This document shows positions 36,194-47,681 of a DNA stretch of 64,000 nt, one piece after another. The notes under the pieces are model-generated. The model was not told the origin of the DNA, ran no database searches, and saw only the letters and a program-made list of their open reading frames with translations. This DNA comes from Eutreptiella sp. 'Long Island Sound 2002'. Taxonomy: Eukaryota; Protista; Euglenida. The DNA lies in the NCBI GenBank assembly GCA_964036045.1, contig OZ038378.1, positions 200,322,001 to 200,386,000 of the forward strand. The letters run 5' to 3'. A program made the position numbers and the translations under genes. Each line of letters opens with the position of its first letter. The first letter of the stretch is position 1.

Positions 36194-39100
36194 CGGGGAC
36201 GCTCTGGTGGCACCCAAGACCTGGTGTTTTGGGTACGTATCCAACTAGGGGGACGCGAATACCTGGGGGTACTGGATACTGGCGCCACAATAGCTATAGT
36301 GGCCAAGAAAATTTTACCTTGTGGGAGCCTGAAGAACACCATGACCACCGCCGCTATACGCATGGGGGATGGACATGTGGTGCACAGCTGCGGGGACTGT
36401 GAAGTGGAGGTACCTATGGGCTCTCGAACTATCGCCCATCGGTTCTATGTGATGGACACTGAGGCCTTCGACTTTGTACTGGGTACTGACTTCTTCGTGC
36501 AGCACTCCCAGATACAATCCCTGACGCTGCAAGCGCCCTACCTCCTGTACGTGGACCACGGCAGTGGCAGAGAGTCTGTGCCACTGGAGCAGTCGGAACA
36601 TACCTCGAGTTACCTGAGACTATCGAAGGAGGAGCCCTCGAACATGATGGCGGCCTCCAAAATTGAGGACTATCAACTATTGGGGGAAGTCCTAGACCAA
36701 GGTCTGAAGGAGTTGGGTTACTCTCGAGAAGACCTAAGTGTGGAGCTGTTCGCCAGCGACAAGCAGCATGTACTGGACCTATACTGCAGCAAGGGGAAGA
36801 ACTGCAGCTACAAATTTTACTGGCCCTCTTTCGGGATGGCCTACGGGAACCCCAGATTCAGTGAACTGGGGAAGGTGCTGACCAAGGTGGCCTTGGAACG
36901 TTCCCGTATGGTCCTGTGTTCCCCCGATCGGGGAGCCCATGGGGGCAACGAGTACTGGCGAACCCTCCTTGACAAGCTGACTATCAGCTCTGTGCGGTTA
37001 CCTGATGAGGCCATCTACGTGCCTCTGGGACGCAAGACGCCTATTGGGAAGCCCGGATGGGGGAGTATGCTCAGCGTGGTGGACGGAAGTCTTACCACCA
37101 TTCCCTGGGAGGACCTGGACCCGACTATGGTCCAGGCTATACAACGTGAAAGCGATGGACTCGCCTTGGGTGACTTGAAGGATCGTCTACGACCTCAAGA
37201 TGCTGTTGAAACTACACCCGGAGGAGATGAGTACGTCGTGACTGACACCAACGCCCCCAACTCTCCCTGTCATGTACCTGTTCCTGATGGAGTCTCTGAG
37301 TGTGGTCTATCTGAGCTACCTAGCTCTATCCACTCAGACGACGAAACTGAGCACGACGCCTTCTTCGTGCAGACCGCGGTGGAGGAAGTGGAGAACGCCG
37401 AGTACGTCGCCCCACTAAAACCCCTACTCTCCATGAGGGTGGAAGACCCCGTGGATGAGGAGCTGGACCCTCGATCCAGGCTCAGGGAGTATGTGGATTC
37501 CAAGAGGAAGTTGGTGGCGAAAAAGCTATGCTACGCGAAGCCTACCCGCAGCTCCTGGCCACTGAAGCAAGGACGTATGGGAGACCTATCCCAACTGAAG
37601 GAGGACCTCGAACAGAAGATCACCACCTGGCAAAGGGAGGTAGATCTCAAGCTCATGAAGAGCGTATGGGGTGCCCATGTGAGGACCCCAGAAGAGGACG
37701 ACCTCTCGGAGGAATGTGTATGTGAATCCCCTCGAGCGTGCCTATGTTGCCATCGTCCACCGGAGATGGTCGAGCAAGACCTTCTATATGCCTACCAAGG
37801 GCTGAAGGATGCTACCGCGGGCGAAGAGTCGGTGGAGGACCACCTCCCGACGTCTATTCAGGGGGCAAGCAACTTACACTCCGACGAGGACTTGGAGGAC
37901 AAGATCAAGATATTGGACCCGCGGGTACAGAAGCTGATAAGGACCTATCTGGAGTTGTTCGGAGAACTACCCCCTCCAGCGTCATGTGACAAACTGGTAC
38001 AGATGGACCTCAAGCTGAAACCCGAGTTCGTGGGTCATAAGATTCGGAGGAGACCCTATCCAGCTCCTAAAGAGCAGGCCGACGAGATTGAGCGACAGAT
38101 ACAAGAGTGTATTGACGCTGGCCTAGTCCTGGAGTACAAGGACGGGGACTACCCCCTACACTGCAGCCCCTGTTTCCTGGTGGCTAAACCTGGGTCTACA
38201 GCCAAACGGCTGGTAGTGGACTATGGAGAGCTGAACAAGAAGACGCTGAACCACTCAGGGTCCATTCCCAATATGGAGTCTACCCTGGAGAAGATAGCCT
38301 CCTGTCGCTACAAGACCAAGATGGACAAGCGAAGTGGATTCTGGCAAGTGGACCTGACGCCCAACGCGCAGGAACTACTGGCCTTCATCACCCCTCAGGG
38401 GAGGGTATTCAAGTGGAAGGTCATGCCATTCGGCGTGGCTAACGCACCCGCTCTGTTCCAAGAGCTGATGAACAAGATCTTGTCCATCCTACGAAGGAGA
38501 CCTAAGGTGCAGGAGCTCATATCCCGTGGGGCCCAGATGGAGGCTCACATCGACGATGTATGCCTCGGGACCAATACCCAGGAGGATCACCTAATCCTCT
38601 TGGGTGAGTTCTTTGCGGTCTGCCAGGAGAACCACACACGACTCAAGCTGGAGAAGTGTGAGTTCATGCAGGAGACCATGCAGTATTTGGGGTTTGACGT
38701 TGGCTATGGGTGGTGGACCCCAGCGGCCTCTAAGGCCAAACCCCTGATGGATGCCAAGGTACGACACGAAGACCCCAAGAAAGGACTTCATGATGTACGC
38801 AGTTTCATTGGGGCGTGCAACTTCTATCGCCGCCACATCAAAAACTTCACCTACACCAGCGCTGTACTGACTGACTTGATCAAGAAGAGTACTACTTGGC
38901 GCTGGGGCCCACAAGAGCAACAAGCGTTTGACGAGCTCAAAGACAAGGTAGCCAACGCTAAGTGCTTGGGCGTGCCTAGGGCACAAGGGGAGATTATCCT
39001 GGTGACCGACGCCAGCAATGTGGGCGGTGGTGGAACGTTGTTCCAATGGCAAGCACTAGAGAAGGAGGAGTTCGACTCGGCCATTTCCCAATGGGGGACG

Positions 39101-41122
39101 GAAGGTCTCAACCGAGATGGAACCCTCAAGCACAGCTACCCTGACGACAAGTGGGTCCTAGTACCTCTGGGCCACTGGAACTGGAAGTGGAACCAGGCCA
39201 GGGGGAACTACTCCACCTATGAGCAGGAACTGCTCGCGGGTATGCTGGTGCTATCCTCACAAGCATGACTGTTGGGGAGTAACCCTGTGGTCTGGCTATG
39301 CGACCAAGAACCGGTTCGCAGTTTCCAGAAGGGCCCCCCACCTGAGAAGGCCAAGCTACGTCGCTGGTGGACCTACCTCAGTCAACTACGGCTGACGGTA
39401 CACCATATCCAGGGAGTGAAGAACGAGTGTGCCGACTACATCAGCCGCAACAACTTCGACGCCCTGATTGGTGCCCGGTCTGAAGCGCTGGCTAAGGAGG
39501 CGTTCAGCCGTATGGACGTACATCTGGACCTGAACATGACCATGATACGCCCCCTGGATGGACTCCAACAATCGGAGTACCTACAAGAGTTTGGGGATAT
39601 CTACCGGCGCCTGGAGAAACGCCTTGAACCCCTCCTGGTCAACCAAGACCAGTGGAAGCGGGACAAGAGCTACCTCTGGCACGAGGACCGCATCGTGGTA
39701 CCTAGTGACCGAGTCCCAGCGCTGCTGAAGTCGACCCATGAGTCCAGTGGTCATGTGGGTGCTGACCGTACCCTGAGGCTGTTCAAGCAGTGGTTCCACA
39801 CTACGTGGACTGACGACCAACTGCGGAAGACACTCCAGCCTATCTTGGACAAGTGCCCGTGCAGGTCCTGTAAACCAGGGGATATCAGGGACAGAGGTCT
39901 CTACTCGACCCTGCCCATCCCACACTGTGCCAACAGTGTTCTATACGTGGACTACACGGAGATGCCGAAGTTCGGGGGCTATGACTTCGCCCTCGTGGTA
40001 ACCTGTGGGTTGACCAGGTTTACCAGGGTGTTCCCATGTACCAAGCACATTACCGGGGAGGAGACTATCAAGATACTCCTGGAGGAGTGGTTTTGTGTCT
40101 ATGGGGCGCCCAAGGAGATCAACTCCGATGAGGACGTACGAGTACGCTCAGATACTGGCTGGTACAAGAGGGTCCTGAGATCCCTCAATGTCCAGGTGTC
40201 TACGGGGATTCCCTACTCTCACACGAGCAACCCCCTATGCGAGCGACAGATTCGTGTCCTGAAGGAGAACGTCAGGATATGGTGCAAAACTGAACGCACC
40301 AGAGACTGGGTGAGACTACTCCCCGTCATATCCTTGATGATGAACTCCCAAGAGAGTTCAGCTACTGGCTACTCGCCACATGAGCTATTCATGGGGCGCC
40401 CGGCGTGGTTCCTACATGCCCCCTATCCAGAGGACACCCATTCTTCTGTGGGTGAATGGGTCCAAGAGCAACAAGCGAAGGTGGACAAGGCCAAGGCTAT
40501 GCTCCAGAGAGTGAGGGAGCGTCAGTGGAACAAGAAGAACAAGCACCGTGTACCGGCCACCTACCAAGAGGGGGACTGGGTGCTGGTGCACCACAGTCGA
40601 CTACCCGCCTGGCCACGCTCTACCAGCGATGACCCATACTTCGGGCCGTACAAGATCCTATCTGTGGATGGACACCGTATCACCGTGCGGTGTTCTCCCC
40701 GTCTAGGGGGGACCCTGGTGTGCGCTGCTCAACACGTGAAGCGCTACCATAATCCTGAAGACCTCTGTGGGGAGGAGTGGGAACTGAACGACGAGGAAAT
40801 CGCCGCTCTGGACCTACAAGGGGCTGCCAGCCCTATGGAAGTTGAAGGTGAACTCCCCGACATGAACGCCGAGGAGATGGCTAAGGAGGGCTTCTACCTG
40901 GTGAAGTCTGTCCTACGCCACCGCTATCGCCAGGGTTGGCGCTTCCTCACCCTCTGGGAAGGGTTTGGAGTCGAAGAGGCCACTTGGGAGCCCTTCTCTG
41001 CATTTGTTCTACCTGAGGGACGCCTAAACTCAGTTCTGGTTGACTACTTGTCCCAGAACAACCTTGGTGAGTTGCTGAGGCTCGCTGAGACGCTTGCCTC
41101 CAAGACTAAAGCTAGGGACTGA
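36194..41122 (+). CDS. pol: Pol polyprotein: protease, MTase-like domain, spacer, RT, RNase H, integrase, chromodomain; one in-frame TGA at 39266-39268
   Basis: LDTGAT (36272); RT KRLVVDYGELN, KMDKRSGFWQ, MPFG, HIDD (38546); RH VTDAS and YSTYEQELLA; INT H..GH/CxxxxC, D-D-E (YVDY, NSDE, LCER) and GPY; chromodomain FYLVKSVLRHR...FLTLWEGF...ATWEP. Confidence 0.95.
36660..37110 (+). CDS. Dam/DIRS-like DNA N6-adenine methyltransferase-like domain within pol
   Basis: VELFAS (36740-36757), FYW, MAYGNPRF (NPRF 36848-36859), LGKVLTKV, RMVLCSPDRG and EYWRTLL follow the order and spacing of the DIRS-type MT pattern DLFAS..W..YxxPP(F/Y)..VL.K..ILxxPxW..W..L. Confidence 0.75.
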
Positions 41123-43350
41123 ACCTTACCCTTACCTGCCAAAGCGTATGTGTGAGTGTGCTAGTCCTAAGGTCCTGAGAGCAAGCCGCAGAAGTGGTGT
41201 CCTAATTATACCCAAGTCTGCGCCCTTGCTAAACCTGGAGGGTTGGCTTATTGATGCCACGGGGTACGCCCCGGGTCTCCCCTCCCCTATGCGCCCAATT
41301 TCTGTGCTGGCGCAAAACCTTGGGGGAATACCCAGAGTGTTAATCCAGGTATTGTTTTCCCTACCTATCTGTCTACTACAGGGAGGGGTGGCCAAAAGCT
41401 ATGAAGGCATGCAAAACGCCTGTTTGCTATGTGGCCAAAACACTGACCTAACCACTGTCACAGCCCACCAACCCAGCTAAAATTGCAGGAAAAGGGTGGG
41501 ACAGTGACACGCCCCCTACAGGTCCTACACACCCTACAGTGGCACCATCCTGGTGGGCGAGCACTGGGCAACTGGCTCTAGCCCCCACTCAGGACTACCA
41601 CTCCTACACGCACACTCTACTTGGCGTTGCGAAGAGGAAGGTCTCATGGGTCCTAGCGACCCACCTGTGAAATGACAAGAGAACACAGCGCTGCTAAGCA
41701 ACTGTGGCCTCACAGGGGAAGCCACAACGCGTTTCCCCTGCAAGGCCTTGGAGGGAAGGAGTGCTCTCGTGTGCAAGGCGCAGATGTCGATGGAGTCGGA
41801 CTCCCTGCTCTGCCACAGGCGGAGCGGAGTTACTTGTTTGTGTGATCTGCGCCCTTGTTTAGCAGGGCATAAAAAAAGCTGCTGCACCACTCACCCTACC
41901 TGCCCACCTGTAAAACAAAGGCATATGAAAGGGCGTTTGCGGCTGAGGAACCAAGGCACACTCCAGGTATTATACCCTTCTCAGTGTACCCTATAATACG
42001 CTGTCCGCAAACACGCTGCATGGAGCAGCTACCCTTATCAAGCAAACAAGCGTTAAGGGACTCCTCAGGTTCTCTTAAAGAACGTACCGAGGAGCCCCTG
42101 GGTAGCCTAAACAAGGTTTACCGTGCGCACTTCGCGTGGCCTACCCTTTAATGCGTGTGTGCATGCGCGACTATGCAATCACGTTGGGCAAACCTGCCCA
42201 TCTCCGCAACAATCTTGACTCCACCAGGGGGTGGCCCCGCCTGGGCGTACCTACCTTACCTACCGCTGGGAAGTGAAGCAAGGTGAGAGTACAAAAGGGG
42301 CGCACGCGAAGAACGTTGCTATGCACTTGTGTGTATGTCTAATCACCCTGATCTGACCGCTAATCATCTGCAATCTTTCTAATCAATCCCTCTACCGCGT
42401 CCTATCGTGGTTATCGTTGTTAACGCTGCTACACGACTCGTTCACGGAGACACGAGACGAGCAATGTGTATGCGGCATGCAAGACAGGCATACCTGTAGT
42501 TTATACCTGATTCATTGAAGTCTCTTCGATTGATTCTCGAATTCTTGAATTTTTGAAGCTTCTATTAGTGTGGGTGGAATCTGTATGTTTGTTTATTAAT
42601 GTGTGTCTCGTCATTTTCAAGACTACGTGATACATACGTTTCGCTAGGAGCCGCTCCTGCGCGCCGCCATTTTATGCGTATGAATTTCTGGATTTAAAAA
42701 ATCCAGAGATGACTATAATTTCTATAAAAATGTGCTTCCGATGCACAATTGGATTCTGCTCAGGTGTGTCGTTTCAGAAAAATTCTACGCCGTCATTTGA
42801 CGGATTTTGGTGTCGTCGCTTCGTTTTTGCGTGGATTCGTCCATATTCCTCCCATTCCTGCCTCTGCAGATACCCACGCGCAGCCTCGCTGAGTAGGCCG
42901 TGTTCGGGCCGAAACGCAGGTGCCTGGAGAGACTGAGCAGAACCAAGACCCCACCAAGGGGCAAATTTAATTTTCTTTCGACTCCCTTCGCCCTAAGACA
43001 GGTCACAGGTCGCCAGCAGGTTTACGAGAACCCATGCGAGTGTGTATAATGTGTCTTGCGTTTGGGTTGTGTCGACGCTGCGTCTTGGAGGGAGGGATGC
43101 ATATGCACATGTTTGGCATGCTCCCAATCTAACCCAACCAAGCCACAGGAGCCCCGGCAGCGCCAAGAGCGCTGAGTCTTCTGTAGGAAACTGTACAATC
43201 AGAGCAGCAAAAGGACGCCAGCCATGGTGAGCGCCCATTTTTCAGTGTGAGGGAGACTGTAGGTATTTTAAAGTAGGTGTGGAAACCAAGGAAAGGCCAA
43301 GAAAAATTCCCTTTTTCCTAAAATGCGACAGTGGTGGCCACCACAGCACA

Positions 43351-43357
43351 AGGGGGG
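43351..43357 (+). promoter_or_regulatory. Polypurine tract
   Basis: AAGGGGGG (43350-43357) directly precedes the 3' LTR start AGTAAG. Confidence 0.85.
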
Positions 43358-44157
43358 AGTAAGAAAAAGTGCTTTTCCATTGCTTTGGGACATACTCTAG
43401 TTGTATTAGAGATGCACTGAGCATCCATGCATTTTTATCTTAGTATTGGTCCAGCCAAAAGTGGTGAGAACACATTTTGACCTATGGAACCAAACACCCA
43501 ATCAGGATATGGAGTGGACCCCTTAATCCCCTTTCAATCAGAAGTAAAACATCTTTTCCTGAGTTGACTGAGCACTGACATACCTAAGGTAGAGCCTATG
43601 AATTTATCTATGTTTTTCCATGAATACTTATCTGCCCTAGTGGTATGCACCATAGGGGGTTAGGCACCTCTTTTTGAGAGGTCCTGGGTTCAATTCCTGG
43701 TCAGCCTAACTAAGTAGGAAGATCCCATGTGACATGGCAGTGACCTCATCGCCACATACCATGCCACCTCAGCACATATGGGACCCAAAACAAAGAGTGC
43801 ACATCTCCTAAGATGGCACTATGGAGAGAGAGAGTGATCCTGAGGCGGTTTTCTAACTCTTTTCCCAAAACATTTCAGCTATCTCTGTGAATATGCATTC
43901 ATTTGTATCCTGAGTTGCAGTTTCTGTGAATATCTAATCATCTTTCACTGTTTACACTGCAGCCCTTCATGCTTTGATCCTGAATTACCTTCTCCTTGCA
44001 TACTATTGGCTTGGGCTATCCTGGATTGAGTTGGCTTTACTGTATTTCAACAAACAAAAGCTTTTCATCATCCAAAACCAGCAGCAGGACACCCTACAGC
44101 AACAACAAGCAGCAGGAGAAGCAAAAACACAGTGCTGAAAACACTATAAACTTTTCT
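43358..44157 (+). repeat. 3' LTR (800 bp)
   Basis: Direct repeat of 32796-33593, followed by TSD CTACT. Confidence 0.97.
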
Positions 44158-44329
44158 CTACTTGGTGAATCATCATTTGTTTTGGGAAAAAACATCGTGG
44201 GTTTCTTCTGCATAAACAACCAAAGAACGTATTGTGGTAACCAGCATATCTTTCTTTTCGCCCTCAAAAACATATATTTTGTGAATTTGTACTTTGTGTG
44301 TGCCAAAAACCCACCGGGGAGGGTTTCTG

Positions 44330-44700
44330 ATGGTATGCTACGCACGGCATCTCTATAACACGCTAGTGGCATTCGCCGAGTCATTGTTCCTTGACGCAAT
44401 GCCATTGGAAGTGTTTGACTACGTGTACAAAGTCACACATTCCCTCCCTCAAATAGTCGTTGGAGTGTATAACGGCTCGCAACCCAGCAATGCAGTTCGC
44501 CGAGGCATGGGGTTTCATGGACGACTATGTTCCTCAACAAGCCCAGCGTGCCCAAGAAAGAGTTCTTCAACTACCATTTGCCGCTGAGACGTGACGAGCC
44601 GCTGAGCCACAACCGTTGCTGTTCTTGCATCAGGAAAAGCAAATCCGCCCCCGAGTAGAAAACTATGATGACCAGGCGGAGGTGAACTACCTGATAGCCC
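44330..44700 (+). pseudogene. Possible decayed non-LTR reverse transcriptase fragment
   Basis: Across frameshifts: LFLDAMPLEVFDYV (motif-A-like), VRRGMG, GFMDDY (YxDD-like), AEVNYL. Weak. Confidence 0.28.
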
Positions 44701-47069
44701 AGCTTCCCTGTTTGTCCTCCCACAAATTGGGTGAAGCTGAAGCAGTAGATGGGGGTGTACGTCCAGTTGTATTGCGCATATGCCACAGGTGTGGTAGTCA
44801 ACTGGACAAAAGAACGTCCAGTAGATGGTCAGACTCACATTGGGTTGGCCTCTGAAATAGGTACCAAAGAAAAATTACTTCCTCATTCAATGTGCCACGG
44901 TTGGCCAAGCTTTCTACAGCTGAAAAATTTCACCATGTCGCGCATCCGGTGGGAGGGCACACGCCCATTAAGGCCCAACAGTTGGTTGGACGGTACTGTG
45001 CGGACTGCATGATCACCTAGGTCACTGCCAACCTCCGAGATGACTCAAAGCAAAAGGTGCGCAACGCCCATCGCATTTCCACGGCGCCATCTGACGACAA
45101 ATGCCAGCAACTGAAGCAGAAGGGCAAAGGCCACAGGTTACCAATGTGGACACCAACCCTGCCGCCGTGTACCGACTAGTCGCAGAAAAAGATTACCTCC
45201 CGAGGTGTCTTGGGATTTGATTTGATTTCCCCCAACAGTACCCTCAAGGTTCTGGAGGGAGCGTCAGTGCGCAGGGCGGGTGCATGGCGCGCACAAAGCA
45301 ACTTTCTGGTGTGACTTCTGATTCCTACCCTTGTTTTTGGGGTGGATTCTACCCCTCGGATGGGTGAGTAGGTTGGTGGGTGGGATGGGGCAATTTGGGA
45401 TGGTTTCTCCTTATGGACTTGCACCTTTCTGGTTGGGGATATGCACAAGCCCACTTCCGTTACCTAATATCCCCCAATTTGCCTGGTATGATGCGCTTTA
45501 GGGCTACAAAGTGCAATCTATGTGTTTTGTGAACCAGGCATGCTGAGCTGGGTTGTGGGTTGTGTGTATGGAACGTCGAGAAAACTAAAAAGTTGACACC
45601 ACCGACCAAAAGCTGCTCTACAAATCAAAATTTGGCTTTTTGTACTCTTGTACGTGCGCGTTGTGTGTGTGCTTCGGCCACGTGCAGCGCCATACCTTCT
45701 CCAGTCACAACTTGGAAATGCAACAGATTGTAGTGACTTAACATTACCCAGCTGTGAACATTTCTAGCATGGTGCCAACTCACTGTGCATCCTGGTGAAG
45801 TGTATATGGAGCATTTCAGAGGAGACTGCGATTGAAAACTGCATCGCCTTTCCAAACGTGCTGCGCCTTGCCCTGCCCCTATTCAACCCCCACCTTTCAT
45901 GCTCAAGGCAATGCTCCGGACCTGGGGCTGAGTCGGGTCCTGCATTGGAAGGGGAAGGTAAGGGGGAAGGGGAAGGGGAGCTATGTTCATTCATTCATTG
46001 TCTAGCAGCTGAGCTCCCGCCTGGGGATGTGTTGGGAGAGATTGAAGGGAAATACAAAATGGTGTAACTGCAATGTAGAAGGTAAGTGGAAAGCGCGGAA
46101 TAGGGGCAGGCGGGGGCTGTCCCTGGGCTGGAGGGGTTGGAGTGTCAGGTTAGGGAGGTTCAGGGTGGTTACTGTCAGCGACAAAAACCCTTGAAGGGTG
46201 GAGGAGAACGGTCATCGCAGTAGCACGCGTAGTGATCCCGTTGCATCCGCATTTATAGCCATACATCTGGTGCACTGTGTGCTAAGCATCTTACTTGTCC
46301 TCTCAAGTGACGCTTCGTCGTATGCCGTTGGTTTCAAATGAGCAACGCACAGTGGGGGTGTTGCTGACGGCCGATTGTTTCGAAGAGTGTTGAGCGCCAA
46401 CCACAGGCACCTGTGTGGGAGGGGGGGGGAGGGCGTTCCACAAAGGCGCGTTGGGTAACCGCACAGCAGTGCCTTTGCTGTGCGAAGTGCGCGGTTCTCT
46501 GTGTCCCTCAAGAGTGAGGCAGCAAAGCGGCCGCACATTTCATCATTTGATCACAGACCGCCCCAGTCGGCCTTTGGTGAGGGGGGGCGGGGGAGGCCCT
46601 CGGGCCATCCGCTGCCCCAGAGGCACTGGGGGAAGGGAGGGCACGAAGGGGCCAAACACCACACCTTCACAGCGCGGCACGATCCCCCAAAAGGGGGCCT
46701 GGGCATTCTGTACTGCTGGGCCTTCTGCCCTCGTGGCGTCCACTGCACATGCCGCCTGCCCCAAGACCGGGGGTCCCGGAGGGCAAAGGGCTCGGCATTG
46801 CCACGAGCTCTCGCTTTTCGGGTCCGCGCCGCACCGAAGCCTCGGGGCCACGTATCCATTGGTTTTGGGAGCGGCGGGGGATGTGGTGGGCCTCGAGTCC
46901 AGTGGGCCCGCCATCGCATTATTCTTCGCCCCCTCTGGCGGAGTACCGGGGACTCCATCCGCCCGAGGCCGTTTGGTTTGGGAAGGCGGTGCTCCGTCCA
47001 GGCCATTGCTTAGTGCCCCCGGGTGCGGGGGTGGGGGGTCGTTTGGGGCCCCGGCAACACCCCCTCCCC

Positions 47070-47430
47070 CCCGCAACATCAGAAAAAATTTCCTTCTGGG
47101 GGAAAAACGAAATTTATTAGAGAGAGAAACAGAGGCCAGGAATTTTGTTTTGCTTCAAGTGAACATGGTCCTTCGGCTGCGAAGGTGAGTTCTCAGCGCT
47201 GGTATGTTACATTTTGGTGCAAGACCAGAGTCATGTGGCATCTCTAACACAGGCCCATCCCTCGCGAAGAGAGGGGGCACTGTCTTCTCCTGAGGACACT
47301 GCAGAGGAAGCCGCCTGGTCCCAGAGATGCCTTCACGGCAAAACGCCAACCAGAGAAATTTATCACAGAGACCGGAAATTGGTGGCTGATTTTAGGTACA
47401 CACACTTTTTTTCAGCCTCTGACCCCTGAT
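47070..47430. repeat. Two diverged fragments of the family A internal core
   Basis: ACATCAGAAAAAATTTCC...GAAATTTATT at ~47076 and GAAATTTATCA...GATTTTAGGTACACA...CCTCTGACCC at ~47355-47427; no TIRs. Confidence 0.7.
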
Positions 47431-47681
47431 TGGGGGGGGTGTGACCTAATTAAAAAACAGACAAATGCAAACCAGAGGTAATGCACTCCACAGTCAGGCA
47501 TAAGTGCATCTTTATTCTCTATGCCAAACCTGGTTGAACCTCAAGACACACACTGTGTCTGAAACAGAAAACAGAACATCATGTCTGACTACATTAGTCA
47601 GACAATCACAGTCAGTAGCTGTCAGTCACCCCCCCCCCCCCCCATCAGTGCGCCACACTAAGCGATAGCCTGGAGCCGTTG

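Larger units (their letters stand above)
32796..44157 (+). mobile_element. Full-length Ty3/Gypsy chromodomain LTR retrotransposon (11,362 bp) carrying a putative N6-adenine methyltransferase domain
   Basis: Two LTRs, 5-bp TSD CTACT (32791-32795 and 44158-44162), PBS-like and PPT sites, gag with CCHC knuckle, pol order PR-(extra domain)-RT-RH-INT-CHD. Confidence 0.97.

Noticed and set aside
36191-39268. Genome-wide UGA reassignment to explain the two in-frame TGAs
   Set aside because: Host genes in this window (ENSA 25025-25027, AN1 gene 56354-56356) end in TGA, so UGA is a normal stop.
41123-43357. env gene
   Set aside because: No long ORF with a signal peptide, furin site or TM anchor.
32796-44157. 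Classification as a DIRS element because of the MT-like domain
   Set aside because: It has direct LTRs, a TSD, an aspartic protease and a DDE integrase with chromodomain, and no tyrosine recombinase or ICR.
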